A DNA stretch of 64,000 bases from Narcine bancroftii (GCF_036971445.1 NC_091469.1:302188001-302252000); one strand, 5' to 3'; numbered from the stretch's first letter, positions 1 to 12,834 are shown. Notes: generated from the sequence alone by a model not told the origin. Numbers and translations: made by a program.

Positions 1-1177
1 CTATTAATCTCCTTTACGGTTCTTTGGGTACATTTACTCTGTGGCTCCATTTGATGCAGTACTATTTGAGGACAAGTCACAAGACGTGCGTGGAAAATGT
101 ATTAGATTTGCAGCTAAACATATGTCTGATCCAGCTGCTCAAGTAGAATAACATAAAGAAATAGAAACATGAGTAAGGCATTCTGCTCCTCATGCCTGGC
201 CCACCTGGTCTACAATTCAAAATAATTTTGGCTGATCTGGCACAGTGTATTATTTCATGATTTACTTAATAACTAAAAATCAATCACTATAAATATTTTG
301 TCCAAAATGAACCTATACAGACCTCTCGAATGGAGAGCAGTAAGGATTCACTACACTCAAGGTGAAATAATATTCATCTATATCTTGAAATGCTAAACCC
401 CTGATTTTGTTCCTCCATTAATTTGTTTGACAATGGTGGAGCCTCATAGAGGCTATGAACCAGAATCAATGCCGACCTCCAATGCTGTCTGTGTGGTATC
501 TGCATATTCCAAAGCTCATCCACTCCGGCTCTTACATCTGGTGACACGGCATCGGCATTTACACTATAAGATAAGGGTATTGATTGTGAGAAAGTTTGGG
601 CTCCAACTAATTCAGCATTTACAACTTGTGACGTTGGCAAAATGTATGATTCATCATTCACAGCTCACTTGAGAATTGCCTTCGTGTCTACAAATGCCAA
701 CATTCTTCATAGGCACCAATCCACTTTGACCAACAAACCACGATCTTCAAATCCTCCTCTTAGCCCTTCTGCACTCAAGATGGTAACCTAAACTTGCACT
801 AAGTGGTCTGACACACACGCAGGCTTGATGTTTCTTGGCTTTGTCCGTACAACTCCAGAAGTTTATTGACATATTGTTGTAAAGTTTTTACACTCATCCA
901 ATCCATTTTTAATTCTGAAGTTAATTTTTATTCATAGGGAGAAGTCATTTTACTTTGTCAGCTTCTGTGATTGCTGTGTAAGTTTTTTTTTAATTTCTGT
1001 GATAAATAGCACAGAGCATCTGGCTTCATGTTCCATGACAACATGTTTACAATTGTTTATTCATTTTTACTTTAATTTTAAAGTTTCTGCATTTTCCTTA
1101 TTATCACCAATTTTGTTTCAGCTGTTTATCAATCTTAATATAGTACAGGCCTCTCCTTTGTTGTTTTCTGTTGTAGT

Positions 1178-2565
1178 GAGAACCCCAGAATGCTACAGCA
1201 CAGAAAACAGGCAGTTCAGCCCCTCTCTTTGGTGCGGACCATCATCTCCCTAGTCCCACTGATCTGCTCCCATAACATAACCCTCCAGTCCTTTCACATC
1301 CATGTAACTATCCAATTTACTCTTTAAGCACATAAATGAGCCTATATTCACCACGTCAGATGGTAGCTCATTCCACATTCCCACCACCCTCTGAGTGAAT
1401 ATCTTCCCCCTAATGATCCCCCTAAACCTCTCCACCTTTAGATTAAAATTATGATTTCTCATATTTATTTCACCCAGTCTGTGGAAAAAGCCTATTTACG
1501 TCCACTCCGTCTATACCTCTCATAATCCTGTAAACCTCGATGAAATCTCCACTCATTCTTCTTCGCTCCAAGGAATAAATTCCTAACCTGTCCAATCTTT
1601 CCCTGCAATTCAACTCCTGAAGACCCAGCAACATTCTAGTAAATCTTCTCTGCACTCTTTCAATCTTACTGATATTCTTCCTGTAATTAAGTGCCCAGAA
1701 CTGCAGACAATATTCCAAATTTGGCCTACCAATGTCTTAAATTATTTCAACATAACATCCCAACTCCAATACTCAATACTTTGATTTATAAAAGCTTTCT
1801 TTACAACCCTGCCCACTTGCAACACCACCTGCAGGGAACAATGTATCTGCAAACCTCAACCCCTCTGCTCCTCCACACTCCTTAGTGCCTTATCAATTAC
1901 TGTCTATTTCCTACCTTGGTTTGCCCTTCGAAAATGCATCATCTCACACATCTGCATTAAACCATTGCCACTTTCTGGCCCATTCTCCTAGCTGGTCCAG
2001 ATCCCTCTGCAAGCTTTGATAACCCTCCTCACTGTCCACAATCCCTCCTATCTTTGTGTCAACAGCAAATTTTCTGATCTAATTCACAACATTATCATCC
2101 AGATCATTGATGCATACAACAAACAACAATGGCCCCAAAACGGATCCCTTAGGCACACCAATGGTCACAGTCCTCCAATCCAAAAGCAGCCATCCACTCC
2201 ACCCTCTGCCTTCTCTCATGTAGCCAATTTCGAATCCAGTTTACCACCTCTCCTTGAATATCTAATGTCATAAACTAACCTCCCATGTGGGACCTTGTCA
2301 AAGGCTTTACTAAAGCCAACAACCACAGCATTTCCTTCATCCTCCTTCCTGGTAACCACCTCAGAAAACTCCACTAAATTTGTTAAACATGACCTACCAT
2401 GCACAAAGCCATGTTGTTTATCCTTAATCAGCCTAGGACTGTCCAAATACCTATATAATCCTGTCTTTCTGAACTCTTTCCAATATTTTACTAATGACAT
2501 CAGGCTCATTAGCCTATAGTTACCTGATTTATTTTTGGAGTTTTTTTTAAATAATGGGACAACAT
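1178..2565 (-). mobile_element. CR1-clade LINE, 3' part (decayed RT C-terminus and 3' tail)
   Basis: Minus ORFs carry CR1 ORF2 motifs: VVPLFKK..GNYRLMSL, QHGFVHGRSCLTNLVEF, FSKAFDKVPHGRL, EYCLQFW..IERVQRRFTRM, FTQRVVGMWNELP. 3' tail like other CR1 ends in the window. Possible TSD TTGTAGT at 1171-1177 and 13480-13486. Confidence 0.9.
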
Positions 2566-2702
2566 GGGGGCATGGCAAGATGGCGTAGAGTCTAGACGTG
2601 CGATCTCAACCTCTCTGGCCAGACTTTTAAATACCCGTTTTTTAACCCTTTGTTTTCAAGATTAAACTTTTTAAATTTTAGTTTAAAGTATTAAGGAATT
2701 AT

Positions 2703-3986
2703 TATGGCCACTAATGGTAAAAAGACTAAACCTTGAGTTCATAAGAAGTTACATTTTTGAAGTGTTGAAAATCTGGGGTCTAGATGACTTGAAACAGCCC
2801 CAGGCTCAATTTCTTCATTGCCTAAACCCCAAAGAAATGGACCCCGATTTGGAAAGCCTTTCGATTTCAATGGAGGGAGCATGCAGGAAGACGACTCCAT
2901 TGTTGGAAATGCACCAGATAGCATTTCAATCTGAAGAAATTGTTTTTCTTTGCGAATTGATGAGAAAACAACAAGATACAGGGGAACACCAGCGGCGACC
3001 CCCTGAAGAAGTTGGGGTGCCTTCTGTTGAGTTGCAGCAGGAGCTGCAGTTACCTTGTTCTCCCACCATGTCAGGGAGAGCAGAGCTGAGATTTACCGAT
3101 TCACAGTGTGTGCAATTAAATGCAGTTATTCAAGCTGTTATAAAACCTTTGTTGACATCTCAAATTAATGAAATGGTTCAAATGAATGCTGGTATGAGTT
3201 CAGAATTAAATATGGTTAAGACATGTGTGGATGCATCTTTTGAAGAATTTTTTAAAAATTCAGACTGCTTTTTTGGACTGTAAACAACAAGTGACTTCTA
3301 ACACTGAAAAAGTGTTGAAGGTGGAAAAATCAGTCATAGAATTAGGAGAACGTGAGAAGGAACTAGAAAGAAAAATAGATTACTTGGAGAATCAAAGCAG
3401 AAGGAATAATGTGAAAATTGTTGGTTTGCCAGAAGGTATAGAAGTACAAGATCCTTTTTGTTTTTTTAAAGACTGGATTCTGCAAATATTAGGGCAAGAA
3501 TTTTTCTCTGGGGGATTGGCACTGGAAAGAGCCCATAGAACTTTAAGAAGAATACCTTCAGCTGGTCAACCACCGTGACTGGTAATAATTCGACATCTGA
3601 GTTATTTGGATAGAGAAGCAATACTTCGACTTGCAGTACAAAATGCGAGACAACGACAAATCCCATTATCGATTCAGAATAGCAGAGTTTTTTTTTATCC
3701 TGATCTGAGTCAAGATGTCATTCAACATCGACGTCGATTCAATCCAGTTAAAGAAGTTTTGTGGCATAAAGGTTATAAGTCTACTTTTCGTTACCCTGCA
3801 GTATTGAAGGTGTTTTATGGAGGCTATCAATTTCGGTTTTTTGAAACTGATTGTGAAGCAATGATTTTTGCTGATTCATTGCCAGATATAAGAGGACAAA
3901 GATGTAGTCCACCATTATCTCCTAAAGAAAAATCTGGTAGCTCTGGAAACAGAAGAAATGGCAGAAATGGGAAAAACGGGAATTGA
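2703..3986 (+). pseudogene. L1 ORF1p (coiled coil, RRM, CTD), frameshifted
   Basis: ORF pieces 2714-3283, 3225-3578, 3606-3986; motifs LENQSRRNNVKIVGLPEGIE, LERAHR, FFYPDLS, FRYPAVLKV. Confidence 0.9.
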
Positions 3987-4376
3987 AAGAGTCTGCCTCC
4001 TTCTGAAATGGGATCTTCGAGATTGGAATCTTTTGGATGAAAAGAAGAATTTTCTTTTTCTTACTCTATTTCTTTTGTTATTATGATATTTTGATGTTAT
4101 TGATTGTTTGGCTGGGGAGGGGGAGATTTCCACTAAGTTCTTTACTAGTCATCAGCCACTGGTGGGTGACCCACACCCAATTTTTGTTTAGGAGATTACT
4201 ACCTTTTGGAAGATTTTTGGGGGGGGGGTGGTTTCTTTTTTTTTCCTTTTTCTTTATTATTTTTTTTTTGTTTTTTTTTAGTTTTTAATTTGTGATTTTT
4301 TTTATTGGAGGGCCTATATATAGTGATTTGAGTTTTTACATAAAGATATTATTGGTATTTAGTAATAATAGTAGAT

Positions 4377-5265
4377 ATGTCAAAGTTGACATTTGCTACT
4401 TTTAATGTTCGAGGATTAAATAGTAAGATTAAACATAAGCAAGTCTTGACATATATTAAGAAAATGAAAATTGATATTGCCTTTTTACAAGAAACACATT
4501 TGAATGTGAAGGAAAGCGTGAAATTAAAAAGGGATTGGATAGGGCATGTATATTCTTCTTCATTTAATTCTAGAGCTAAAGGTGTAGCAATTTTGAAACA
4601 TAAAAATTTATCTTTTGAATTATAATCAATGGAGGAAAAGGCAGGATGTGTTCTTAAATTTAATTGTAAGAGTTTTAGTGAATTTTGGACTTTACTTAAT
4701 ATTTATGCCGCAAATGCAGATGATGAAGTATTTATTTCAGATGTATTTTTATGTTTGGGACAAGCTAATGATAATATTTTAGTTGGTGGTGATTTTAATT
4801 GTGTTTTGGAACCTTTATTAGATAAATCTCCGAAGAAATTTAAAAAATTCAAGATAGCAGTTCAGGTTCAAGCGTTGATGAAAGATCTTAATTTAGTAGA
4901 TATTTGGAGACGTCATAATCCGACAGAGAAATATTTTTCCTTTTATTCATCTAGACATGAATCATTTTCAAAGATTGACTTTTTTTTTAGTATCGGCACA
5001 TTTACAAGGGAAAATACAACAAGCGGAATATAAAAGTAGGGTGATTTCAGATCATTCTCTGTTATATTTTACATATGAAACCTGAGAAAATTTAAATAGC
5101 TTATTGTTGGAGATTCAATAGAATGTTGTTAAAAATATGGAATTTATTGATTTTTTGAAAAAAACAAATTAATTTTTTTTGAAAGAAAATTCTAATTCTG
5201 TTCAAAGTAAGTTTGTATTATGGGATGCTATGAAACCCTATTTGAGATGTCAAATAATTAGGTAC
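4377..5265 (+). pseudogene. L1 ORF2p N-terminal APE endonuclease (disrupted)
   Basis: FATFNVRGLN, FLQETH, KGVAIL, GGDFN, SDH motifs; ends WDAMKPYLRCQII at the Gypsy junction. Confidence 0.92.
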
Positions 5266-5494
5266 TGTAGAGCTCATCGAAAGAACCAAAGACTTGTTGA
5301 TCCAAACCAAGGCTTTTATTAGCAAAACACAGGAGCTCTTCACAGGTGGCCGACCAGTCCGGAATGATCTGACCTGGCTAGGGACACAACCCTTTAAGGC
5401 TTGGCTAAGCTCTCAGCCAATCGCTGTAAGCACAGTCATTACATACTCTAGATACTGTAACCATATACATTGGTGATAGGTCTGTTCTATCACA
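5266..5494 (-). repeat. 3' LTR (229 bp)
   Basis: Direct repeat of 9840-10081 with about 10 substitutions and a 13-bp deletion; preceded on the minus strand by the purine tract AAGAAGGGGTGAA (about 5495-5507). Confidence 0.95.
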
Positions 5495-5564
5495 TTCACC
5501 CCTTCTTGGAGAACTGACCCTGGGGTAGAAGGGCTGAAGAGGGAGAAGGGAAGGAAGGGGTAGG

Positions 5565-8500
5565 TTAAGGACTGTAGCGGTCAGGGGGTCTGACCAACCG
5601 CCGTGGTGCTGGGATTGGGGTTGCTGGAGTGGTGTCGCCAGCGGGCTCGGCGGGTGCGACCGCTCCTTCGCTCAATTCCCCAGCCGTGTTGTCGGCAGGG
5701 TGGCCCGGGTGGTTGGGGTGCTGTTGGTCCTTCTGTTCCGGCACGGGGCCTGGGGAAGAGTTGGGGAAGGTTAGGTTGGGGGGGTTGCTGGGCCTACCAC
5801 GTCCTGAGCTAGGTCCCACACGGAAACAGTGTCCTCCCACCCATCTGGGAACTCAACATAGGGGTAATGCAGGTTCATGTGGAGTAGAGTCACTCGGTCG
5901 ACCAAGGGGTCGTTCTTTGAGTGCCGGACATGGCGTCGCAAAAGGACGGGGCCAGGGACGGTGAGCCATGCCGGTACAGTGGTTCCTGATTCGGATTTCC
6001 TCGGGAAAAGTAACATCCTTTCGTGGGGGATGGAATTTGTTGTGGTACATAAGAGGGAGCGGTTGGAGTGTAAGGCACTAGTGAGAACCTCCTGCCAGTG
6101 AGAGGTGGGGAGAGCCAGTGTAACCGCTCTCCAGATGGTGGCATTCTCCTTCTCGACCTGGCCATTACCACGTGGGTTATAGCTGGTGGTCCTGCTTGAA
6201 GCGATATCACACTTCAGAAGGTACTGTTGCAGCTCTGCGGTAATGAATGAGGACCCCCTATCACTGTGGATGGAATTGGGGTACACGAAAATGGCGAAGA
6301 TACTGTGAAGAGCCTGTATCACTGAGGTTATGGTGGTGTCTGGGCAGGGCACAGCGAACGGGAAGCGGGAGTACTCATCGATGGCCATAAGGATGTAGTT
6401 ATTACGGTTGGTCGACGGTGGGGGCCCCTTAAAGTCTATGCTAAGACGCTCGAAGGGGCGGGTGGCTTTGATAATGTGGGAGTTCCCCGGACGGAAGAAG
6501 TGGGGCTTGCATTCAGTGCACACCGAACAGGCTCGGGTCATGGAGCGAATCTCCTCGACTGTTCAGGGTAGGTTGCGCGCCTTCACAAAGTGGGCAAACC
6601 TAGTGACCCCTGGATGACAGAGCGCCTCATGGAGTTTCTGTAGTCTGTCCATCTGTACGCTGGTGCACGTCCCCCTGGAGAGCACGTCAGGTCGGTACAG
6701 GATGTCATAGTTAAAGGTGGAGAGTTCGATTCTCCATCTGGCGATTTTGTCATTTTTTATCTTACCACGCTGGGTGTTGCTGAACATGAAGGAGACCGCG
6801 CGTTGATCAGTTAACAGTGTAAAGCGCCTCCCAGCGAGGTAATGTCTCCAACGACGCACCGCTTCAACTATGGCCAGGGCCTCCTTCTCGACCGAGGAAT
6901 GTCTACTCTCTGGACGCTGGAGGGTTCTGGAGAAGAAGGCTACAGGCCAACCGGCCTGGTTCAAGGTGGTGCTAGGGCGAAGTCGGATGTATCGCTCTCG
7001 ACTTGAAACGGGACAAACTCATCGATCGCGTGTAGTGTTGCAGCGGCAATGTTGGATTTGATTCAATCGAAAGCCGCTCTGGCTTCGGTCGAGAGGGGAA
7101 AGGAGGTGGTCTTGATAAGAGGACATGCCTTATCGGCGTAGTGTGGAACCCATTGGGCATAATATGAGAAAAAGCCCAGGCAGTGTTTGAGCGCTTTCTG
7201 GGTATTGGGGGGGGGGGGGGGGGAAGTAAGTCCATTAGGGGACGCATGTGGTCAGGATCTGGCATCACTACCCCGTTCTCCACCACGCAACCTAGAATAG
7301 AGAGTCGTGTGGTCTGGAAGACACACTTGTCAAAGTTATAGATCAGGTTCAGCCGAATGGCAGTTTGAAGAAATTTGTCTTGGTTGGCATCATGGTCTTG
7401 CGTGTCGTGGCCGCAGATGGTGACATTGTCCAGATACGGGAAGGTAGCGGTTAGCCCATTCTCGTCCACCATACGGTCCATTTCCCGCTGGAAGACTGCG
7501 GCACCATTCTTGACCCAAAATGATACACTGAAAATTGATGCAGCCGCCCATTCGCTTCAAAGGCCGTGAATGGTCGGTCCTCACAGCGGATCGGGAGCTG
7601 GTGGTAGGCTGAACGTAGGTCAATGGTGGAGAATATGTGGTATTGGGTGATCTAGTTTACCACATCCGTGATGCGTGGCAGGGGGTACGCATCCAGGAGC
7701 GTGAAGCGGTTAATGGTCTGGCTATAGTCAACCACCATCAGTAGCTTTTCCCCATTCTTGACAACTACCACCTGGGCTCTCCAGGGACTTGAACAGGGTT
7801 CGATGATGCCCTCATCCAGCAATCTACGCACCTCATTCCTAATGAATTGCCTGTTTTCGTAACTATATTACCGACTTTTGGTGGCCACATGCTTCCAGCC
7901 AGGGGTGAGGTTTGCGAAGAGTGCTGCGGGGCAATCCAGAGTGTGGAAAGGCCGCAGGAGTGGCCCTGGGGTATGGGGGCGGGTTGCTTGGGTGCTTCAG
8001 GGGTGGGGCGATGGCAGACCGAGAGGGGAGCGTGGGGTCCCCCAAAGTGTAGGGACACTGTTCGAAACTGACACTGAAAGTCTAATCCCAGCAACACTGG
8101 GGCGCACAATTGGGGAAGGATGAATAATTTGAAGTGGGTGACCATTACGCCCTGTACTTCCAGCATGGTGATGCAATACCCCTTTATCCCGGTCGAGTGC
8201 GACCTAGTCGCTAATGAGATCCTCTGGGTAGTGGGGATAATGTCAAGTCCCAAACAGAGGGCCAGATCTGGCCGGATAAAACTGGCAGTTGACCCAGAGT
8301 CAAATAAGCAATTGGTGTAGTGTCCATGCACTTTAATCAGTTCCATTACTTTAGTGAAGGGATGAGAGCATTGCTGATTTAGTGTTATAGAAGCAGCCAC
8401 TGATCCTGTTGACAGGGGAGTTCCGCGTGTTGATGTCACGCAACGGGATGACGTCATAGATGCAGTCAACGCTGGAGAAGCAGATTGGAGGTACTCCCGG

Positions 8501-9805
8501 AGGTGCTGTTGTGGCGGTGTCGGCGGATGAACAGTAAGTAGTGGGGATTGTTGCTCACGGTTGACGGTGGGTAGGTCGTCGGTCACAGCGGTCGGGCCCC
8601 AGCGGTCGTCAGCGATGGACGCTAGGGTGAGTACCTGGTTGGCCTCGGCGGATCCCCAGTCGGTTGCGGTGGCCGCACCGGAGGCGGCATGGGCAGCAGC
8701 AGCAGGGGAGCGGGCAGCAGTAGTGGTAGCTTCGTCTCCGGGGCTGGCTTTGGCGGTGGTAGCGGCAGCAGCAGCAGCGGTAGCATCAGCCCCGGGGGTG
8801 GTCGTGTCCGTGGCAATAGCAGGCTCTACAGTCGGGACCGAGGCCTGGTCGATTGTTCCGCAAGGGGGCGAGAGGCGGGCCAACATCATGGTTGCGAGTG
8901 TGGGCTGCTCCTTCTGGGTTCGGCGTCTCCGTGACATCAGGCGTTGCCGTGCAGGGGAGCCCTCGCTGTCATTGGGCGAGAGCTCTGGGGAAGAAGAGTT
9001 TGAATGGGATAGTGGCGGTTGGGCTTCACACGAGGCACTGTGTTTGCAGGTGGCCATTTTAGACCTACAGACTGCAGCAAAGTGGCCATTTTTAAGGCAC
9101 TTCTGGCACCTGGCTTTTCTTGCTGGGCACTGGGACCTGTTGTGCTTGACCCTCCCGCAGAAATAACATTTTGGTTCGCAGGGGGCAGTGTAGCAGCAGA
9201 CGACAGGCCGTCAGTATCTCGGGGGGTGGTAGGGTAGAAGGGCACTCTACTCACATCAGAACGAGGGGTCCAGTCCCTAGAGAATTCGTTGGACTTTAAG
9301 GCTGCATCCTCCATTGTGATTGCAATCCGGGCCACGTCCTCTAGTTTTTCTACCTCTTGTTTGAGCAAGCACAGCCTCACTTCGTTCGAACGGAGCCCGG
9401 CCACAAAGGCATCCCGGACGAGATCGTTTGTGATCAGGGCAGCAGTTTTGTCCACTCAGTTACAGTCCTTGCCCAAAGCCTTTACTACTTGTAAATATGC
9501 CCTGCTGGACTCACCGGGCTGTTGCTTCCTCGACGCAAGCATGAGCCGGGCATGAACTCTGTTCATTGGTTGATCGTACAGTTATTTCAGTACCTTTATG
9601 GCTGCGGTGTAAGTGGTCTCATTCTGGATGTTCTCGTAGACTCTCAAGGACACCATAGACAGCAATGCTGTTTGACACTGGTTATCCTCCTCCACCTCAA
9701 TGACCCTTAGTAAGTTTTCAAAGTTTAACAGCCAGAACTTAAAGGCTTTGAAGGCTGTAGCTGGGGTCGATGTCAAGTTTTTTCTGGCCGAGTCAGACGC
9801 TCCAT
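5565..9805 (-). pseudogene. Gypsy gag-pol polyprotein, frameshifted
   Basis: Gag MERLTRPE.., RKQQPGES, LVRDAFVAGLRS; CYFCGRVKHNRSQC and CQKCLKNGHFAAVC; protease CLFDSGST; RT FPYLDNVTICG; RNase H EKEALAIVEAVRRWRHYL, FTLLTDQ; integrase LHEALCHPG, CSVC, IDFKGP, HSDRG, GNGQVEKEN; C-terminal RPPDRYSP. Confidence 0.93.
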
Positions 9806-9839
9806 CCCTTTTTAAAAAAATTCATTTTGCTAATAAAAT

Positions 9840-10081
9840 TGTTGAGCTCGTCAAAAGAACCAAAGACTTGTTGATCCAAACCAAGGCTTTTATTAGCAAA
9901 ACACAGGAGCTCTACACAAGTGGCCGACCAGTCCGGAATGATCCAACCTGGCTAGGGACACAACCCTTTAAGGCCCAGACAGTAGGCGTGGCTAAGCTCT
10001 CAGCCAATCGATGTAAGCACAGTCATTACATACTCTAGATACTGTAACCATATACATTGGTGATAGGTCTGTACTATCACA
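9840..10081 (-). repeat. 5' LTR (242 bp)
   Basis: TG...CA termini, AATAAA on the minus strand near the U5 end; gag ATG lies 34 nt downstream (9805). Confidence 0.95.
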
Positions 10082-12834
10082 GTTATATTCATAAAATAAA
10101 AAAGAATCGATTAAATCAGAGTCTTGAATTAGAGAAACAGATCGATGAGTTAGGAAAGGAATTTCAGAAAGATGCTACAGAAGATCAAAAAATAGAATTA
10201 TCTAGGCTGAATTGAAATATAATACTTTGCAATCTTATCAATTTTAATGTGTGATTAATAGGACTAAACAATGGTATTATGAATGGGGAGAGAAAGCACA
10301 TAAGGTATTGGCATGGCAATTAAAGAAAGAACAGATATCAAGGACTATTAATGCTGTTAGACGGAATTCTTTTATTACTTATAAACCTCGTGATGAATTT
10401 TATAAAAAGTTATATACATCTGAAGGAAAACAGGAAACATGATCGATTGATTTTTTTTTAATCACAGTTGAATTTACCGATATTAGAGGATGCAGATATA
10501 CAGGGGTTAGAAGAACCATTTACTGATTTGGAAATTAAAATGGCTATGGTGGAAATGCCGGTCGGTAAATTGCCTGGTGATGATGGATATTTCGTTGAAT
10601 TTTATAAAATTTTTTATGATGATTTATCTACAGTGTTTGGGGATGTAGTACGTCAAGTTGGAAAACATTATGATTTACCAGAGTCTTGTTCTAGTGCTTT
10701 AATTACAGTAATTCCTAAAAAAAAAAGATAGAGATCCTTTGAAGGTATCTTCATATAGACCAATTTCGTTGTTAAATGTATATTATAAAATAATAGCTAA
10801 AATATTAGTGAATAGATTGGCTATTCATATTGACCAAACAGGTTTTATAAAGAATAGATGTGCCTCAGATAACATTTTGCGCGTGATTAGTTTGATTAAT
10901 AGGTTTCGACAATCTTTATATCATCTGATGGTGATATCTTTATATGTAGAAAAAGCATTTGATAGAGTTGAATGGAATTTTTTGTTTAAAGTTTTGGAGA
11001 AATTTAAGTTTGGTCCTTCTTTTATTGGTTAGATTAGGGCTCTATATAGTAAACAGGTAGCTAGAGTATTGAGAAATGGTTTGATTTTGGAATCTTTTAA
11101 GTTAACTCGATCAACTCGTCAAGGTTGTCCTTTATCACCAGCTTTGTTTGCGTTAGTGATTGAACCTTTAGCACAGTTGATAAGACAAAATACACAGATA
11201 CAAGGTATGAAAGTTTTAGATGAGGAGTATAAAATTAATTTATTTGCTGATGATGTATTGGTGTATTTAATAAACCCAGCTCAGTCACTTTTGCATTTGA
11301 AAGAATTTTTAATAGAATATGGATGTCTTACTGGATATAAAGTTAATTGGGAAAAAAGTGAAATATTACCGGTAAGTGAAGGAGATTATTCAGTTTATAA
11401 GAATATTATTAATTTGAAGTGGACTGATCGAATTAAATATCTGGGTATAATTTTGAATGTTAATTATCAATCTTATATAAATTAAATTATGCTCTGTTAA
11501 TGAAAAAAATTAAAACTGATTTGATTAAATGGAAAGATTCACCTATTAATTTAAGGGGAAGGATAAATACAATTAAGATGAATATCTTTCCGCGTATACA
11601 ATATTTGTTTCAATCTATTCTGTATTTACTTGATAAAATTTTTTTTCAAGATTTAAATAAAATGGTTAGGGAGTTTTTATGGAGGGGTAAATTTTCAAGA
11701 GTAGTTTTGAATAAATTAACATGGAAATATGAGTTAGGGGATTACATTTACCACATTTTCAAAATTATTATGAAGCAGCCTAACTTAAATTTATTAGTTC
11801 CTTGATGGATTTGGCACGGCCTCCTAGTTGGGCTAAAATTGAGATGGCAAGCATTTCTTAATTTGAAATACATAATTTTTGTTTAGGTGGAATATAAATT
11901 TGTTACAACAATATAATGTGCCTATACTAAAACATGTAATGAAGTTATGGATAAAGAAAAATAAAATGATAGGTTCTAGGGGTAAATTATTGGCTTTGAC
12001 TCCATTGTATAATAATCAACTTATTTCTTTTTCAATACATAATCAAAGTTTATTGCATTGGAGATTTAAAGGTGTGAAAAATTTGGGAGATTGTTTTAAA
12101 GAGGGTAAATTTTTATCTTTTAATCAGATGAGGGAAGATTTTGGTATTGATAAGAATTCTTTATTTCTTTATTATCAAATTCGATCTTTGGTAAAATGTA
12201 TGTTTGGTAGAGATATGATTTTACATAAAATGACTAAATTTGAGACTTTTCTTATGAAAGTACCAGAGAAGAGTTATATTTCATTTAAGTATCAAATATT
12301 ACAGGATGGTATGGATGAAAAGGGTTGGGATAGATCTAAAATTAAATGGGAAGCGGTTTTTTGGTTTTACTTTTTCTGAAGAGGATTGGTTAGATATCTG
12401 TTATGATAGTGTAACTAGATTGATAAATGCACATTATGAAATGATTAATTACAATTGTTTACATTAATTATATTTGACACCAGAAAATTTTTAAAAATAT
12501 GGTTTTTATGAATCAGATTTGTGTTTTAGATGTGAATAAGATTAAAATAGTTTTAGATCCAACAGTATTTTTATTGGGTCATTTGCAACCTCTGAAAGGC
12601 TTGGGATTAGATAAGTTTCAGCTTGCTTTTGTATATTTAGCTTTATCCGTAGCGAAAAAATGTATTGCTAGTACATGGAAAGATACAAATATGATTGATA
12701 TTAATAGATGGCATAATTATATCAAATATTGTTTAAAAATGGAAAATATTACATATGTTTCACATGATAATTATATTTTTTTAATTAATAAGTGGCTGTT
12801 ATACTCGGAATATTTACATTTCAATTTATATTGA
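10082..12834 (+). pseudogene. L1 ORF2p RT and C-terminal region (many frameshifts and stops)
   Basis: YEWGEKAHKVLA, PGDDGY, YRPISLLN, EKAFDRVEW, RQGCPLSPALF, LFADD, IKYLGI, AKKCIASTWK; the frame continues from 5260 if the Gypsy element and a 5-bp TSD are removed. Confidence 0.92.

Larger units (their letters stand above)
5266..10081 (-). mobile_element. Complete Gypsy LTR retrotransposon (Mag-like), decayed
   Basis: Two TG..CA LTRs; gag with two CCHC knuckles, then protease, RT, RNase H, integrase in Gypsy order; PPT next to the 3' LTR; degenerate 5-bp TSD GGTAC/GTTAT. Confidence 0.95.

Noticed and set aside
8561-9166. 201-aa plus-strand ORF inside the Gypsy element
   Set aside because: Antisense shadow of a GC-rich, low-complexity coding region.
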